DNA from: Minisyncoccia bacterium
GTDB lineage: Bacteria; Patescibacteriota; Minisyncoccia; Phycocordibacterales; UBA918
Length of the DNA: 64,000 bases
Reading direction: 5' to 3'
Assembly (NCBI GenBank): GCA_046598345.1
Contig: JBKJIT010000004.1
Location: forward strand, 329,226-393,225
Shown here: positions 8,243 to 19,062 of the stretch, one piece after another
Position numbering within the stretch: the stretch's first letter is position 1
Layout: every line of letters starts with the position of its first letter
Position numbers and translations under genes: made by a program
The notes under the pieces: generated by a model
Seen by the model: the letters and a program-made list of their open reading frames with translations, nothing else
The model's database searches: none
Told to the model about the DNA's origin: nothing

Positions 8243-9355
8243 CTATATGATGGTGACCCCATGTGTAAGTGAAGTATGTACATAAAACAAGAGAGCCATC
8301 ACTGCAAGAAGACCCCCCGCGTACGCAATCTGAACCGGATGCTGTCTACGCCATTCAATTACAATAGAAAGAATGAGCGCAACTACCACAATACTCGCAA
8401 GAAATCCGTACACAATTTGAAGCAAGATACTTGATTGCGTTCCGCTTCGTTCAAGAAGCGATGTTTCCGGGCCACTCTGTGGCGGTGTCACTTCAGTTGC
8501 CGCAGGAATACCCGGACGTGAACTTGTTGCCAGATCGGAGTATATGACGACCGATTCTGTGGGTACAGGCGGGGTCACGGTATCAACAGGGGCCGGGAGT
8601 TCTGAAACAGGTTGCGTAGGTTCTTCTTCTACAGGCACAGACTCCGTGGTCTCGATCGTGGCGGGCGAAACACTTGGTTCTGACGCATTACCCTCCCCTC
8701 CACTACGCACCGTCTCTACTGAAATGGGACTCGGTGTTGGTGTATTTGCTCCAGCGATCTGCTGAGCAGGCGCCTGAGGAACGCTTGCTACTTGCGCAGG
8801 AGTGCCGAAGAGCTGCACAACAAATATTGTGGGAAATCCTTTGTACTCACCTTTTGCCGTACCGATCCCAATCTCACGGTAATTGCCATTCATGATGTTT
8901 GCTCTATGGGCTGGTGAATTCATCCACGCATTAACTACTTCATCGGAGTCCGTAAAATGCACTGCTAAATTCTCTCCGGCATGTATGTAGCTATACTTTG
9001 CCTCATCAAACCAATGCCACGGAGAAACTCCGGCAGGACTATAATGCGCAAAGTATTCATTCTTGGCCATGTCATCTGCCTTAAGCTGCGCAGCCTGATC
9101 GAGAACGCTGTTTCTCCGAAGTGCACCCAGCGACTCTCCCCCTCGTTCTTCATTCGTGAGATCAACAATGACAGCTGGGAGAATTGTGGAGACCATCCAA
9201 TCTGAACCCATCCAAAGGAGGGCTTGGATATTTGCGAGGGTAAAGGAGAGCAGGACGAGGCCAAACATAATGCCGACTGACACACGTTCAAGAAAGTCTG
9301 GTTTGTAGCCATTGTCTTCGTGCGGGATAAACAGATCTTTGAGACGCTTAAACAT
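8243..9355 (-). CDS. CAP/SCP domain membrane protein
   Basis: AAQLKADDM, YFAHYSP, AGENLA, WMNSPAHRANI and EIGIG motifs; Pro-rich linker; TM helices. Confidence 0.88.
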   Translation of the reverse strand: MFKRLKDLFIPHEDNGYKPDFLERVSVGIMFGLVLLSFTLANIQALLWMGSDWMVSTILPAVIVDLTNEERGGESLGALRRNSVLDQAAQLKADDMAKNEYFAHYSPAGVSPWHWFDEAKYSYIHAGENLAVHFTDSDEVVNAWMNSPAHRANIMNGNYREIGIGTAKGEYKGFPTIFVVQLFGTPAQVASVPQAPAQQIAGANTPTPSPISVETVRSGGEGNASEPSVSPATIETTESVPVEEEPTQPVSELPAPVDTVTPPVPTESVVIYSDLATSSRPGIPAATEVTPPQSGPETSLLERSGTQSSILLQIVYGFLASIVVVALILSIVIEWRRQHPVQIAYAGGLLAVMALLFYVHTSLTHGVTII

Positions 9356-9409
9356 TGCCTACTATTGTACTCCAACTCATGAGAAGTTACGAAAATGCTT
9401 GTGGAGCAT

Positions 9410-9445
9410 AGAAAAACCGGTCCGCCGAGGCGGACCGGTTTTTCT
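9410..9445. terminator. Bidirectional hairpin terminator
   Basis: agaaaaaccggtccgcc/ggcggaccggtttttct. Confidence 0.7.
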
Positions 9446-9462
9446 GTTGCTACAAATTTCTA

Positions 9463-10626
9463 TTAAATCTGAGCGTAAATATGTACGGTCAGTGCGCCTG
9501 TATTGTTAGGAGCGTACAGATCATAAATCATGAGCGAAACTGGCGCACCAGCGCCCACGGTTGCATACTCATACGTATGATCATTGTTATACGTGGTGTC
9601 TGTGTCCCAATCAACAAATCCCCCATTTACCTTTAAGTCGAGCAAGTTCGCATCTCCATTGTAGGGAAACGCGACCCCATCAACCCAAGTTGACGCGTCT
9701 GAAGTACTGTAGTCAGCATCAAACTGGATGACACAGCCCGTTTCGTTGCATGCGTACGCAGTGCCTGATGCCTTAAGTACGTAGGATTGCCCGGCAAGCA
9801 GCGCTACTGTTCCCGAAACCCCGTCAGCATCATTTGCAGGCACGATAACTGTTTCTACGAGGTATCTCCCATCAAGAACTCCATCGCTTAAATCAAGGTG
9901 AAATTCTTCGAGAAGACCGGAACTAATACCGTGTTTTAGGTGACCATTCATGACCCCTTCAAGGAGTTCAATAATCTGGTGACCATTACAACCGTACGTG
10001 TATGCAATCCCCTCTCCTACAGTATCGCTGTGTACCCCTTTTCTGACCTTGTGTTGATACCACGAGAGAATTCCCCCTATGTTCTTTACCTGCCATCGAT
10101 TCTGCCCGATTCCTTCAGTCCACGCGCCGTCAGCTACTGTGCCCGAACACACATCATCGGCGTTCGGCACGCCATCATTGTCAGAATCATTGTCTGCATT
10201 TCCTGATGTCGTCGTCCACGCTCCACCACGCGTACCTCCTTGATAATTATCTGTCCATGTTCCACTCATAGTGCCGTTTGATGCAATTGCTCCACTCACG
10301 ATCATCGTAGTTTGAGGAACAACAGCATCAGGAGATGCAGTGTAATTTGCCGTAAACGTTACAGTGTCATTTACGACTGAACCAGAAGTGATGATCCATG
10401 TGTACACATGTGGACCTCCTGCAGGATGTCCACCGCTACCGGTGAGCATGTCGCTACCATCTTGCGTAAGTATAAGATCATGAGCATAAAACCCACCTAA
10501 ATACTCAAAATTAATAACGTAGTTTCCACTTACATCCCAATCTGTTGCCGCCTCTGCTTGAGTTACGGTCATACCCATAAAGACAAACGACGCGACAATA
10601 CTAAAGGCCGTAACGATTTTTCTCAT
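9463..10626 (-). CDS. Secreted protein with a thrombospondin type-3-like Ca-binding motif
   Basis: Signal peptide; DSDNDGVPNADDVC. Confidence 0.7.
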   Translation of the reverse strand: MRKIVTAFSIVASFVFMGMTVTQAEAATDWDVSGNYVINFEYLGGFYAHDLILTQDGSDMLTGSGGHPAGGPHVYTWIITSGSVVNDTVTFTANYTASPDAVVPQTTMIVSGAIASNGTMSGTWTDNYQGGTRGGAWTTTSGNADNDSDNDGVPNADDVCSGTVADGAWTEGIGQNRWQVKNIGGILSWYQHKVRKGVHSDTVGEGIAYTYGCNGHQIIELLEGVMNGHLKHGISSGLLEEFHLDLSDGVLDGRYLVETVIVPANDADGVSGTVALLAGQSYVLKASGTAYACNETGCVIQFDADYSTSDASTWVDGVAFPYNGDANLLDLKVNGGFVDWDTDTTYNNDHTYEYATVGAGAPVSLMIYDLYAPNNTGALTVHIYAQI

Positions 10627-10730
10627 TACTTTAAAGATTAAATTATTAAGTGTTCTCGATCCTTTTTTATTATATCAAGGAGTGGCAGAAAAAAAACAAA
10701 GACATACTCACAGCCAAAACATGGAGAACT

Positions 10731-10770
10731 GGCACAGAAAAAACCGGCATTTGCCGGTTTTTTCTGTGCC
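10731..10770. terminator. Hairpin terminator
   Basis: ggcacagaaaaaaccggca/tgccggttttttctgtgcc. Confidence 0.7.
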
Positions 10771-10786
10771 TCTCTATACTACCTAC

Positions 10787-13700
10787 TTATGGAAGGTCCC
10801 AGAAAAGCTTATTCGCAAGAGCCTGAGAATCCTTTGGTGTTGCCTTACCTGCACTTCCAATAATAATGGTGTCCCCACTATTATTATATGCATCCATGAG
10901 ACCAGCTGATGTAAGAATTGCAGAGACGCTTGTTCCTGCAAATGCAGCATCAGCGTTTGCAATCATTGTCTGCACACTCGCTGCACACCCAAACGCTGCG
11001 CAGTTGAGTTTCGCAGCTATAAGCTGCTGGAGAAGCTGCATGCGAGCCTTATCAAGCTCAGTTCGCTTAGCTCCTGTGGAAGTCTTTGGAATGCTTGAGT
11101 AGAAGCCTCCAAAGAGCTGTCCTGTGGTTGTAATCACACCCTTGTGCGGAGCACTTCCAATTGGCATTGCGCTTGCAAGGTTTGTCTGGAAGATCGAGGT
11201 TGTATACGCAGTGTGCGTCTGCCAGAACCCCTGGGTTCGAGTTGGGCTCAGTTTTTCGTTTACAAACGTACATGTAACATCAGCACCAGGGGTGAGGTTC
11301 ACCATGAGTGCATTTCCATTCAAGATTGACGCAAATGGGGTTGTTGAACCCGTTACCACACATGTCGCACCTTTAAGGGTCCAGTACGAGTTTGGCTGAG
11401 TCTCGGTAACCGTTACGCTTCCAGGTGTAAGGTTTGCAAAACTCTTTGATTGGTTTTGATTTGTACCGAGACAATCCTGCACCCCAGCATCATCATCAAG
11501 GAAGAAGCTGCTTTGTCCTGTCATTGCAAATGAGAAGTCCTGACAGTCGTTTGCTTGCGCATCCTTCACAATAGTAAGATTTGCCTTCTTGGTATTTGTG
11601 AACGTACACGTTACCGTTTCTCCAGCTCCAACGGTAATGTCCTCTATTGTCTCTCCATTGTCACACACTGCGCTTGTCTGAATCCAGTTAGCTAGTGCAC
11701 CTTCAGAGACGCTGTATGTTCCCGGAACAACCTCCTGATTGTTCGGAGCCATAGCATCAGTGAGTGCGAAGTTAGTGTATCCGACACCTCCAGCCGTGAA
11801 GCTGAATGATTGCGTATCACCTGCTGGATTCGTCACTTTATCAACAATGATGTGTCCTCGCTCAACGTTCGTGAACGTACAAGTGACCGTCTCGCCCGGT
11901 TGAAGTGAAATTGCCCCTACAGGACTTTGGTCTGAACACGTTGCGCTTGTCTGATCCCATCCAGCTGGCACTGTCTCAGATGCTGAATATGTGCCTGGAA
12001 TAATAAGTCCGCTGTCATTGTTTTGTCCTCCTGTGAGCACAAATCCATCATTGTCATACGAAGCAGCAAAAGTGAACTGCGTTTCAGTATTTCCGTCTAC
12101 TATCTTTTGAACAATAATTTTTCCACGCTTCGTGTTTGTAATCTGGCAATTCTTCGTTTCACCATTATTTACTTTCACACCAACGCAGGTGTTTGCTGTC
12201 TCATCCCATCCAGTAAGTGGTGTTTCTGCAACTGAATACGTTCCATTAAAGACCGTGTAATCCACTGGTGCTCCATCAGAAATGTTCTGCGTTGCAGCCG
12301 GACTTACGATTGTGCCGCCTGAAGCTGTGATAGAGAACACTGCCGTCGTGTCAGTCGGATTTGTTACCTTTGTCACAATGAGGTGACCAGGCTGATCATC
12401 ATTCGTAATGGTGCAGGTAGCTTCTCCACCAATTCCTACAGTAATGCTTGCACCCTCTTGCGTTCCTCCAACACAGCTCCATGTACTTGATGTATACCCA
12501 GGCATGTTTGTTTCAGATAGTGTCCATGTATCAGCCATTAAGGTTGCACCCGAATCTACTGGACTTGTTCCTGAAATATCATTCGCCCCGGTTCCGTTTG
12601 CTGTAAGTGTAAAATCTGAAACTGTTGAAGTTCCTCCATTATCATTTACTACAATTTTTCGAAGGTGAAGCAATGGCGCAATGTCATCATTGACGATTGA
12701 GCACGTTTTGTTGTCACCGTACGCAAGACTTACGGTGCCATTCGCTGCACAGTCAGTTGCCCATACAGATGCTGCGTATCCAGCCTGTGTTGTTTCAGAC
12801 GCAGTGTACGCACCTGGTGCAAGGGTTTGTATGGTTGTCCATGGAACGTTATTTCCATTTATCTTTCCTTGGAAATCAGAAGTTGTAAGTGTTCCTCCAT
12901 TGTTGTTGATGACCGTCTTTACGAGGGTGAGGGTTGGAAGCTTCGAATTAGTGAACGTACACGTTACGGTTTCACCAGCTTGGAGTGAAATAGTTCCTGC
13001 TGTTTCTACGTCCTCGTTTGAGGAAACACAGCTCGTGTTTGTAAGATCCCATCCAGTTTCAGCAAGTTCAGCTACTGAATACGTACCTGGAGTAAGATCA
13101 CCTGAATTCACGGGTGTCCCTTCATCTGCCAGCATAAAGTTGTCAGCACTCCAGCTTGGGTTGAACTCGAATTCCGTATCATCCCCAATAGGGTTAGTTA
13201 CTTTGTCGACAATGATATATGCATCCTTTTCGTTATTAAAGGTACATGTAACCGTTTCACCAGCTTGGAGACTAATTGCTCCGACTGGGCTTCCGTCTGA
13301 ACAGGTTGCTGATGTGAGATCCCATCCTGTTGGAACGGTTTCTGCTACTGAATACGTACCTGGTACAACCGCACCGCTATCATGTGGAGCTGCTGCGTCA
13401 GTAAGTGCAAAGTTGGAACCAGCATCTGTCGTGAAGCTAAATGATTCTGAATCACCCGCTGGGTTCGTTATTTTATCAACGATGATATGCCCACGCTTTA
13501 CGTTCGTAAAGGTACAGGTCACGGTCTGGCCAGGATCAACTTGGATATCTCCAATCGTCTCTCCGTTGTCACAGGTTGCGCTCGTAAGATCCCATTCTGC
13601 TTGTGCGGATTCAGCTACCGTGTAGGTATTTGCAGGGTTGAGATTTGAGAATGTCTGGCTTGCAGTTCCCGCGACCGTTGTAAGGTCGATGTCTGCTGCG

Positions 13701-16700
13701 AGTCCCGCACCGGTTGCATCGAAGTCAAAGCTTGCATCGCCACCAATTGTATTCTTCACAATCGCGAGTGCTCCACGCTTCGTGTTGGTGAACGTACAGG
13801 TCACTGTTTCACCAGCATCAGGATTGATACTTGCTGGAGTGTTTCCGCCTGTACATACTGCACTCGTAAGATCCCAACCTGCTTGAGCGCTTTCTGCAAT
13901 TGAATACGTATTGTCTTGATCAAGGTTCTCAAAAGTTTGGCTTGCTGTTTCCGCGACCGTTGTAAGGTCGATGTCTGCAGGAAGTCCTACACCTGTTGCA
14001 TCGAAGTCAAAGTCTCCGTTACCTCCGATCGTGTTCTTAATAAGAATGATCTTTGCAAGTTCTTCGTTCACGAATGTACACGTCACCGTTTCTCCTGGGG
14101 CAACATCGATGCTGCCAACGGTTTCATCATTTGTACATGATGTGCTTTCCGGAGATTGCCAACCAAGAAGAGCATCTTCAGACACAGCGTACGTGCCAGG
14201 AAGGACCTCGAAGTCTCGTGAGCTTGGAAGTGTTGCATTGGTATCCTCATCTAGCAAGAATGTTGCTGGATTTCCGTTGCCGAAATTATTGTTAAATGTA
14301 AAGTCTGTTGGATCAGGATTCCCAATAACGTCCTTCACAATAATGATGTGGGCACGTTTCGTATTCGTGAATGTACATTTCACATTCTCGCCAGCGGCCA
14401 CGTTGAATGTCGCAACTCCTGTTCCAACAACACCACTGCTGTTTGCATCATCGCAGGTAATGTTTGTGAGATCCCATCCAGCCTTAGTCACTTCTGTAGA
14501 AGAGTATGTTCCCGGAGCAACAGACTGAGTTGCAGTCTGACCGTCTCCTAGTACCCCTGCAACATCCCCAGTGAACGTAAACGTAGCTAGATCAGCGTTT
14601 GGAAGCGTCTGCTTTTCAATCGTAATTGAGCCTCGTTTTGTGTTCGTAAACGTACAGGTCACCGTCTCACCAGCTTGGAGTGAAATAGTTCCTGCTGTTT
14701 CCGCATCTCCGTTTGAAGATACACAACTTGTGTTTGTAAGATCCCATCCACCTTCAGCGAGTTCAGACACATTGTATGAGCCAGGTGCGAGATCACCAGA
14801 ATTAACTGGAGTACCAGCATCAGTCAAAGTGAAATCATTAGTACTCCAACTTGGATTGAAGTCAAACACTGTTAGATCAGCTCCTGGAACAGTTACTTTA
14901 TCAACAATGATGAATGCATCTTTTTCGTTCACGAATGTACACGTAACATTCTGACCTGGATCGATGTTGATACTGCCGATTTCTTCTCCGTTGTCGCAAG
15001 TTGCACTAGTAAGGTCCCATCCTGCAGGAACAGTTTCCGTAACAGTGTATGTAACTGCTGGGTCAAGATTGGTAAAGATTTGGCTCGCAGTTCCAGCTTC
15101 TGTCGTAAGATCAATATCTGCTGGAAGTCCTGCTCCTGTCGCGTCGAAGTCAAATTCTCCATTTCCTCCTACAGTATTCTTTACAAGGGTAAGTGAACCG
15201 TTCTTAGTGTTCGTAAACGTACAGGTCACTGTCTCACCTGGTTCGACATCGAGACTTGCAGGCGTTTCTCCGTTGTCACAGACGGCACTCGTCTGCACCC
15301 ATCCAGCTACAGTACCTTCTGAGACTGTATACGCTCCAGGAACTACTTCTTGATTGTTTACTGCCGCCGCATCAGTGAGAGCGAAATTGCTGTATCCCGC
15401 ACCTCCAGCCGTAAAGCTAAATGACTGAGTATCAAGAGCTGGAACTGTTACCTTATCAACAATGATATGGCCTTTCTTCGTATTGGTGAACGTACAAGTG
15501 ATTGTTTCTCCTGCACCTACCGTGATGTCCTCAATTGTTTCTCCGTTGTCACAGAGAGCGGAGGTTTGGGTCCATCCAGCTGGTATTGTTTCCGCGATTG
15601 AGTAGGTACCTACAGTTACAACCTGGCTATTTGGCGCTGCTGCATCCGTGAGAGCAAAGTTACTGTATCCAGTTCCTCCTGCAGTAAAGCTGAATGATTG
15701 TGTATCTCCTGAAGGGATAGTTATCTTATCGACGACAATTGTTCCTGTCTGAAGGGTGTTTGTGTATGTACAGGTAATATTTTCCCCATCTCCTACGTTG
15801 ATTGTTGCGGTTCGAGTCCCAAGATTGACTGTGGAGTTAGTGGTGGGATCTACACACACGAGGTTTGTAAGATTCCAGCCAGCAATCGCTCCTTCCGTAA
15901 CAGTATATGTTCCTACATCAAGGCCGTTGAATACTACAGTATTAGAAAGCGTATTGTCGCTATCATCATCAAGTGAGAAGTTGTTGAGTCCTACGCCAGT
16001 AGTGGTAAAGGCAAAGTTCTGAGCGTGGTTTGGAACAGCATCTTTAATGATCGTAATTGACCCAGGTGCAGGCGCTACCACGAGTGCAGCCGCAGACATC
16101 TGATTGTCGCGATTTCCAGTTGACCCCCCATCAAGGGCTACCACCTTCATGTGATACGGAGATCCACTGATGTTTACCGCCGATTTTCCCACACCCCAGT
16201 CAGCCTGACTGGAAACGTGTGCACCCCATGCCATAAAGACTGGACAGGATACCGTATTACCTTGTGTGTCCTTGTTCAAACATGTGTTCGTATTAACTGT
16301 AAAAGTAACGTTAATTTGTGTAAGACTGTCTGCAGCATAAGTACCACTTACCTTTACTGGAGTGGAAATAGCAGTAATCGTGCCGTTAAGGATCATGATG
16401 TTCTGATTGGTGTCATCCGTACCATTTACATTAAGAGGATCATGAGGAATGTTTGGCGAAAAGGAGGCTGTCGCTGAACCACAGGACGGAAACTTGGTAG
16501 TTGCATCTCCAGCACAAAGTTTCGCCTGATTAACCCATGTTTCAGACTGGTTAAAATCGGTAAGGAAGTCATACGCGTTTTTTCCACCCTTTGTTGTTTG
16601 ATATTCAAGAGTAACGACATGGCTTCCATTTGTAAGCCCATCCAAGACAAGGCGTTGAACAGTTGAATCCTCCTCGGAGATAGTTGAGTTATTCGTGTTC

Positions 16701-17419
16701 ATATTACCGTTTGTCCACAAACAGTCACCTGGATTTCCGTTATATCCATCACCATCATCGTTTGCACACTGGTCAAACACAACAACAGCTGCGCCTGCAG
16801 CGTCAGTAAATGATGATGTTGCTACCACTTCACCCTCCTCGTCAGAAACGATTACATTGTAGATCGGACGATAAAAGTTATCGAAGGTCTGTGAAAGACT
16901 CCATGAGCCCTCTTCATCCGAGGTAACTTCGTGGGTTGTGTCAGACCAGAAGTTCCCTACTTCTGAATTTCCAAAAATACGTACAAAGAAACTCTTCACA
17001 GGTGAGAAAAAACGACCAAACATGGTGACAGTTTCACCTGGCTGATAGTCATCCTTGTCTGTAGTAATCAGAGGTGCTTGTGCTACTTCCGCATCATTTT
17101 CAACATTTGAGGGTTCTTCTTCTGTAACTTCGCTTTCTGTATCAACAGATTCCTCGATCACTTCAGCCTCGGAATCAGTAGTAACGTCAGTTACAGGTAT
17201 TTCCTCAGTAGTTTCCGTAAGAACCTCTTCTACTTCAGTACTGCCTGTTAAATCTTCGTATGTGTCTGATACGAGTACTTCTGCACTTTGTTCTGTTACA
17301 ACTTCAACTACGTTTTCATCCTCCGCAAAGGTATTAGAGACACCGACTGCGAAAAGAGCGAGTACGACTAAAAGCACGAGAGATGAAATCTTCACGCGCG
17401 CATGAAATCCATTGATCAT
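10787..17419 (-). CDS. Giant secreted adhesin-like protein with 17 SpaA/CnaB (prealbumin-like) repeats
   Basis: 2210 aa; signal peptide; acidic linker; repeats of IxxxK...Y(S/T)VxE...GW...C...ETVTCTFTN. Confidence 0.85.
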   Translation of the reverse strand: MINGFHARVKISSLVLLVVLALFAVGVSNTFAEDENVVEVVTEQSAEVLVSDTYEDLTGSTEVEEVLTETTEEIPVTDVTTDSEAEVIEESVDTESEVTEEEPSNVENDAEVAQAPLITTDKDDYQPGETVTMFGRFFSPVKSFFVRIFGNSEVGNFWSDTTHEVTSDEEGSWSLSQTFDNFYRPIYNVIVSDEEGEVVATSSFTDAAGAAVVVFDQCANDDGDGYNGNPGDCLWTNGNMNTNNSTISEEDSTVQRLVLDGLTNGSHVVTLEYQTTKGGKNAYDFLTDFNQSETWVNQAKLCAGDATTKFPSCGSATASFSPNIPHDPLNVNGTDDTNQNIMILNGTITAISTPVKVSGTYAADSLTQINVTFTVNTNTCLNKDTQGNTVSCPVFMAWGAHVSSQADWGVGKSAVNISGSPYHMKVVALDGGSTGNRDNQMSAAALVVAPAPGSITIIKDAVPNHAQNFAFTTTGVGLNNFSLDDDSDNTLSNTVVFNGLDVGTYTVTEGAIAGWNLTNLVCVDPTTNSTVNLGTRTATINVGDGENITCTYTNTLQTGTIVVDKITIPSGDTQSFSFTAGGTGYSNFALTDAAAPNSQVVTVGTYSIAETIPAGWTQTSALCDNGETIEDITVGAGETITCTFTNTKKGHIIVDKVTVPALDTQSFSFTAGGAGYSNFALTDAAAVNNQEVVPGAYTVSEGTVAGWVQTSAVCDNGETPASLDVEPGETVTCTFTNTKNGSLTLVKNTVGGNGEFDFDATGAGLPADIDLTTEAGTASQIFTNLDPAVTYTVTETVPAGWDLTSATCDNGEEIGSINIDPGQNVTCTFVNEKDAFIIVDKVTVPGADLTVFDFNPSWSTNDFTLTDAGTPVNSGDLAPGSYNVSELAEGGWDLTNTSCVSSNGDAETAGTISLQAGETVTCTFTNTKRGSITIEKQTLPNADLATFTFTGDVAGVLGDGQTATQSVAPGTYSSTEVTKAGWDLTNITCDDANSSGVVGTGVATFNVAAGENVKCTFTNTKRAHIIIVKDVIGNPDPTDFTFNNNFGNGNPATFLLDEDTNATLPSSRDFEVLPGTYAVSEDALLGWQSPESTSCTNDETVGSIDVAPGETVTCTFVNEELAKIILIKNTIGGNGDFDFDATGVGLPADIDLTTVAETASQTFENLDQDNTYSIAESAQAGWDLTSAVCTGGNTPASINPDAGETVTCTFTNTKRGALAIVKNTIGGDASFDFDATGAGLAADIDLTTVAGTASQTFSNLNPANTYTVAESAQAEWDLTSATCDNGETIGDIQVDPGQTVTCTFTNVKRGHIIVDKITNPAGDSESFSFTTDAGSNFALTDAAAPHDSGAVVPGTYSVAETVPTGWDLTSATCSDGSPVGAISLQAGETVTCTFNNEKDAYIIVDKVTNPIGDDTEFEFNPSWSADNFMLADEGTPVNSGDLTPGTYSVAELAETGWDLTNTSCVSSNEDVETAGTISLQAGETVTCTFTNSKLPTLTLVKTVINNNGGTLTTSDFQGKINGNNVPWTTIQTLAPGAYTASETTQAGYAASVWATDCAANGTVSLAYGDNKTCSIVNDDIAPLLHLRKIVVNDNGGTSTVSDFTLTANGTGANDISGTSPVDSGATLMADTWTLSETNMPGYTSSTWSCVGGTQEGASITVGIGGEATCTITNDDQPGHLIVTKVTNPTDTTAVFSITASGGTIVSPAATQNISDGAPVDYTVFNGTYSVAETPLTGWDETANTCVGVKVNNGETKNCQITNTKRGKIIVQKIVDGNTETQFTFAASYDNDGFVLTGGQNNDSGLIIPGTYSASETVPAGWDQTSATCSDQSPVGAISLQPGETVTCTFTNVERGHIIVDKVTNPAGDTQSFSFTAGGVGYTNFALTDAMAPNNQEVVPGTYSVSEGALANWIQTSAVCDNGETIEDITVGAGETVTCTFTNTKKANLTIVKDAQANDCQDFSFAMTGQSSFFLDDDAGVQDCLGTNQNQSKSFANLTPGSVTVTETQPNSYWTLKGATCVVTGSTTPFASILNGNALMVNLTPGADVTCTFVNEKLSPTRTQGFWQTHTAYTTSIFQTNLASAMPIGSAPHKGVITTTGQLFGGFYSSIPKTSTGAKRTELDKARMQLLQQLIAAKLNCAAFGCAASVQTMIANADAAFAGTSVSAILTSAGLMDAYNNSGDTIIIGSAGKATPKDSQALANKLFWDLP

Positions 17420-17697
17420 AAATAAGACTTATTATTGTAAATACCTCCTTGTAATGTTGAAAAAGCTAGGTCTCAGCTCACTCACTGACACATCATCATG
17501 GGATACACCCGGAAATGACGACACGCTATTTGGATCGATTATATTCTTCTTCATGAGAATTAACACATTGACAGCGTTCAATAAATATCGTGTCTTCATA
17601 TACACACGTAACAAAAGCGACCTCATCCTCTATACTATAAGGAAGCAAAACCTCTGGGTAATGCTTTATTAATTTTATTGCTAGTAATTACATAATA

Positions 17698-18981
17698 ATG
17701 ATGAAAAAAGTACGACAAAGTCTCATTGCACTCATGTTTGTGGGAATGGTGGCATTTGTGCCTTCAGCTCACGCTGAGGCTGCAACCGTAGATGAGATGC
17801 TTACCATGATTAAGAGCCTCATGACTCAAATTGAGGGGCTTCAAAAGCAACTCAATACTGTTCGAGGCGAGGTAAAGGAAGTTCTCAAGGATGGACTTCG
17901 CGAAGGTATGACGGATGCGGATGTAGCGAAACTTCAGGAACTTCTCGCGACTGATCCTGCAATTTATCCAGAGGGACGAAAGACTAGTTTCTTTGGGCCG
18001 CTTACAAAAATGGCGGTAATGCGATTCCAGGAAAGACATGGTGTTGCTGCGACAGGTGTTGTCGACAGTGAAACTCGTGAACTCCTCGAAGAATATCTTG
18101 AGGAAGGATTTGGAGACAATATTCCTCCAGGACTCCTCCGAGCTCCAGGTATCATGAAGAAGGTTGAAATGCGATTTGCACTTGGTTGCGATGTAAAGGG
18201 TGGTGGCATGGGACCTCTCTGCAAAAAGCTGAGACCTACCCCAACTGATGACTCAGACGATGACAGTGATGATGATTCTGACGATGAAGTTGAGGACTTT
18301 GATGTTGAAGTTGACGTCGACCTTGATGACGAGGAAACCACTGTTAACTTCACCTTTGATGGTGATGACTATGAGGTGGAAGTTGATTCAACTGACGAAG
18401 ATGATGTTCTCGAAGCAGTAGCTGATGAACTCAATGAGGATGTTGAAGATCTTGATGATGATCTTGTAGAGGCTATTGAAGAAGCGTTAGACGAAGCTAT
18501 TGAAGAAGCTGAGGAGGAGGAAGAGGAGGAAAATGAAGAATTTGACGTAGAGGTGTCTGTCGACAATGGAACCACTACGGTTGAATTTGAATTTGATGGA
18601 GACGACTACGAAGTTGTCGTTACTTCTGAAGACGAAGATGACATCATGGACGCGATTGCAGACGAGCTCGATGTGGATGTAGAAGATTTGGACGAGGACC
18701 TTGTTGATGCAATTCTTGCAGCGCTTAATGGAGACGAGGACGAAGAAGCAGAGGAAGACGCACAAGATGCGATCGATGAAGCAGAAGAAGCTATAGAAAG
18801 CGCACAAGATGCGATCGATGATGCTGACGGAGACACTGATGATGCAGAGGACCTTCTTGATGATGCTGAGGACAAGCTTGCTGAAGCAGAAGAAGCGTTC
18901 GATGATGAGGACTACGAAGATGCGGAAGAATTAGCTGACGAAGCTATGGAACTCGCAGAAGATGCTGAGGATGCTCTCTAA
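17698..18981 (+). CDS. Secreted peptidoglycan-binding domain protein with a highly acidic C-terminal half
   Basis: LREGMTDADVAKLQELL...FFGPLTKMAVMRFQ (PG_binding_1-like); D/E-rich tail. Confidence 0.8.
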   Translation: MMKKVRQSLIALMFVGMVAFVPSAHAEAATVDEMLTMIKSLMTQIEGLQKQLNTVRGEVKEVLKDGLREGMTDADVAKLQELLATDPAIYPEGRKTSFFGPLTKMAVMRFQERHGVAATGVVDSETRELLEEYLEEGFGDNIPPGLLRAPGIMKKVEMRFALGCDVKGGGMGPLCKKLRPTPTDDSDDDSDDDSDDEVEDFDVEVDVDLDDEETTVNFTFDGDDYEVEVDSTDEDDVLEAVADELNEDVEDLDDDLVEAIEEALDEAIEEAEEEEEEENEEFDVEVSVDNGTTTVEFEFDGDDYEVVVTSEDEDDIMDAIADELDVDVEDLDEDLVDAILAALNGDEDEEAEEDAQDAIDEAEEAIESAQDAIDDADGDTDDAEDLLDDAEDKLAEAEEAFDDEDYEDAEELADEAMELAEDAEDAL

Positions 18982-19000
18982 TTTTTAGAGATAAGCAAAG

Positions 19001-19038
19001 CACAACAAAAAACCGCCTTTCGGCGGTTTTTTGTTGTG
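19001..19038 (+). terminator. Intrinsic terminator
   Basis: cacaacaaaaaaccgcc-tttc-ggcggttttttgttgtg. Confidence 0.75.
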
Positions 19039-19062
19039 TGATCTTTTTGATATACTTATTGT

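Noticed and set aside
12681-15353. Long plus-strand ORFs such as 12681..13625
   Set aside because: Antisense shadows of the repetitive adhesin
17412-17672. Short ORFs in the divergent intergenic region
   Set aside because: No motif or start signal; more likely promoter/leader DNA
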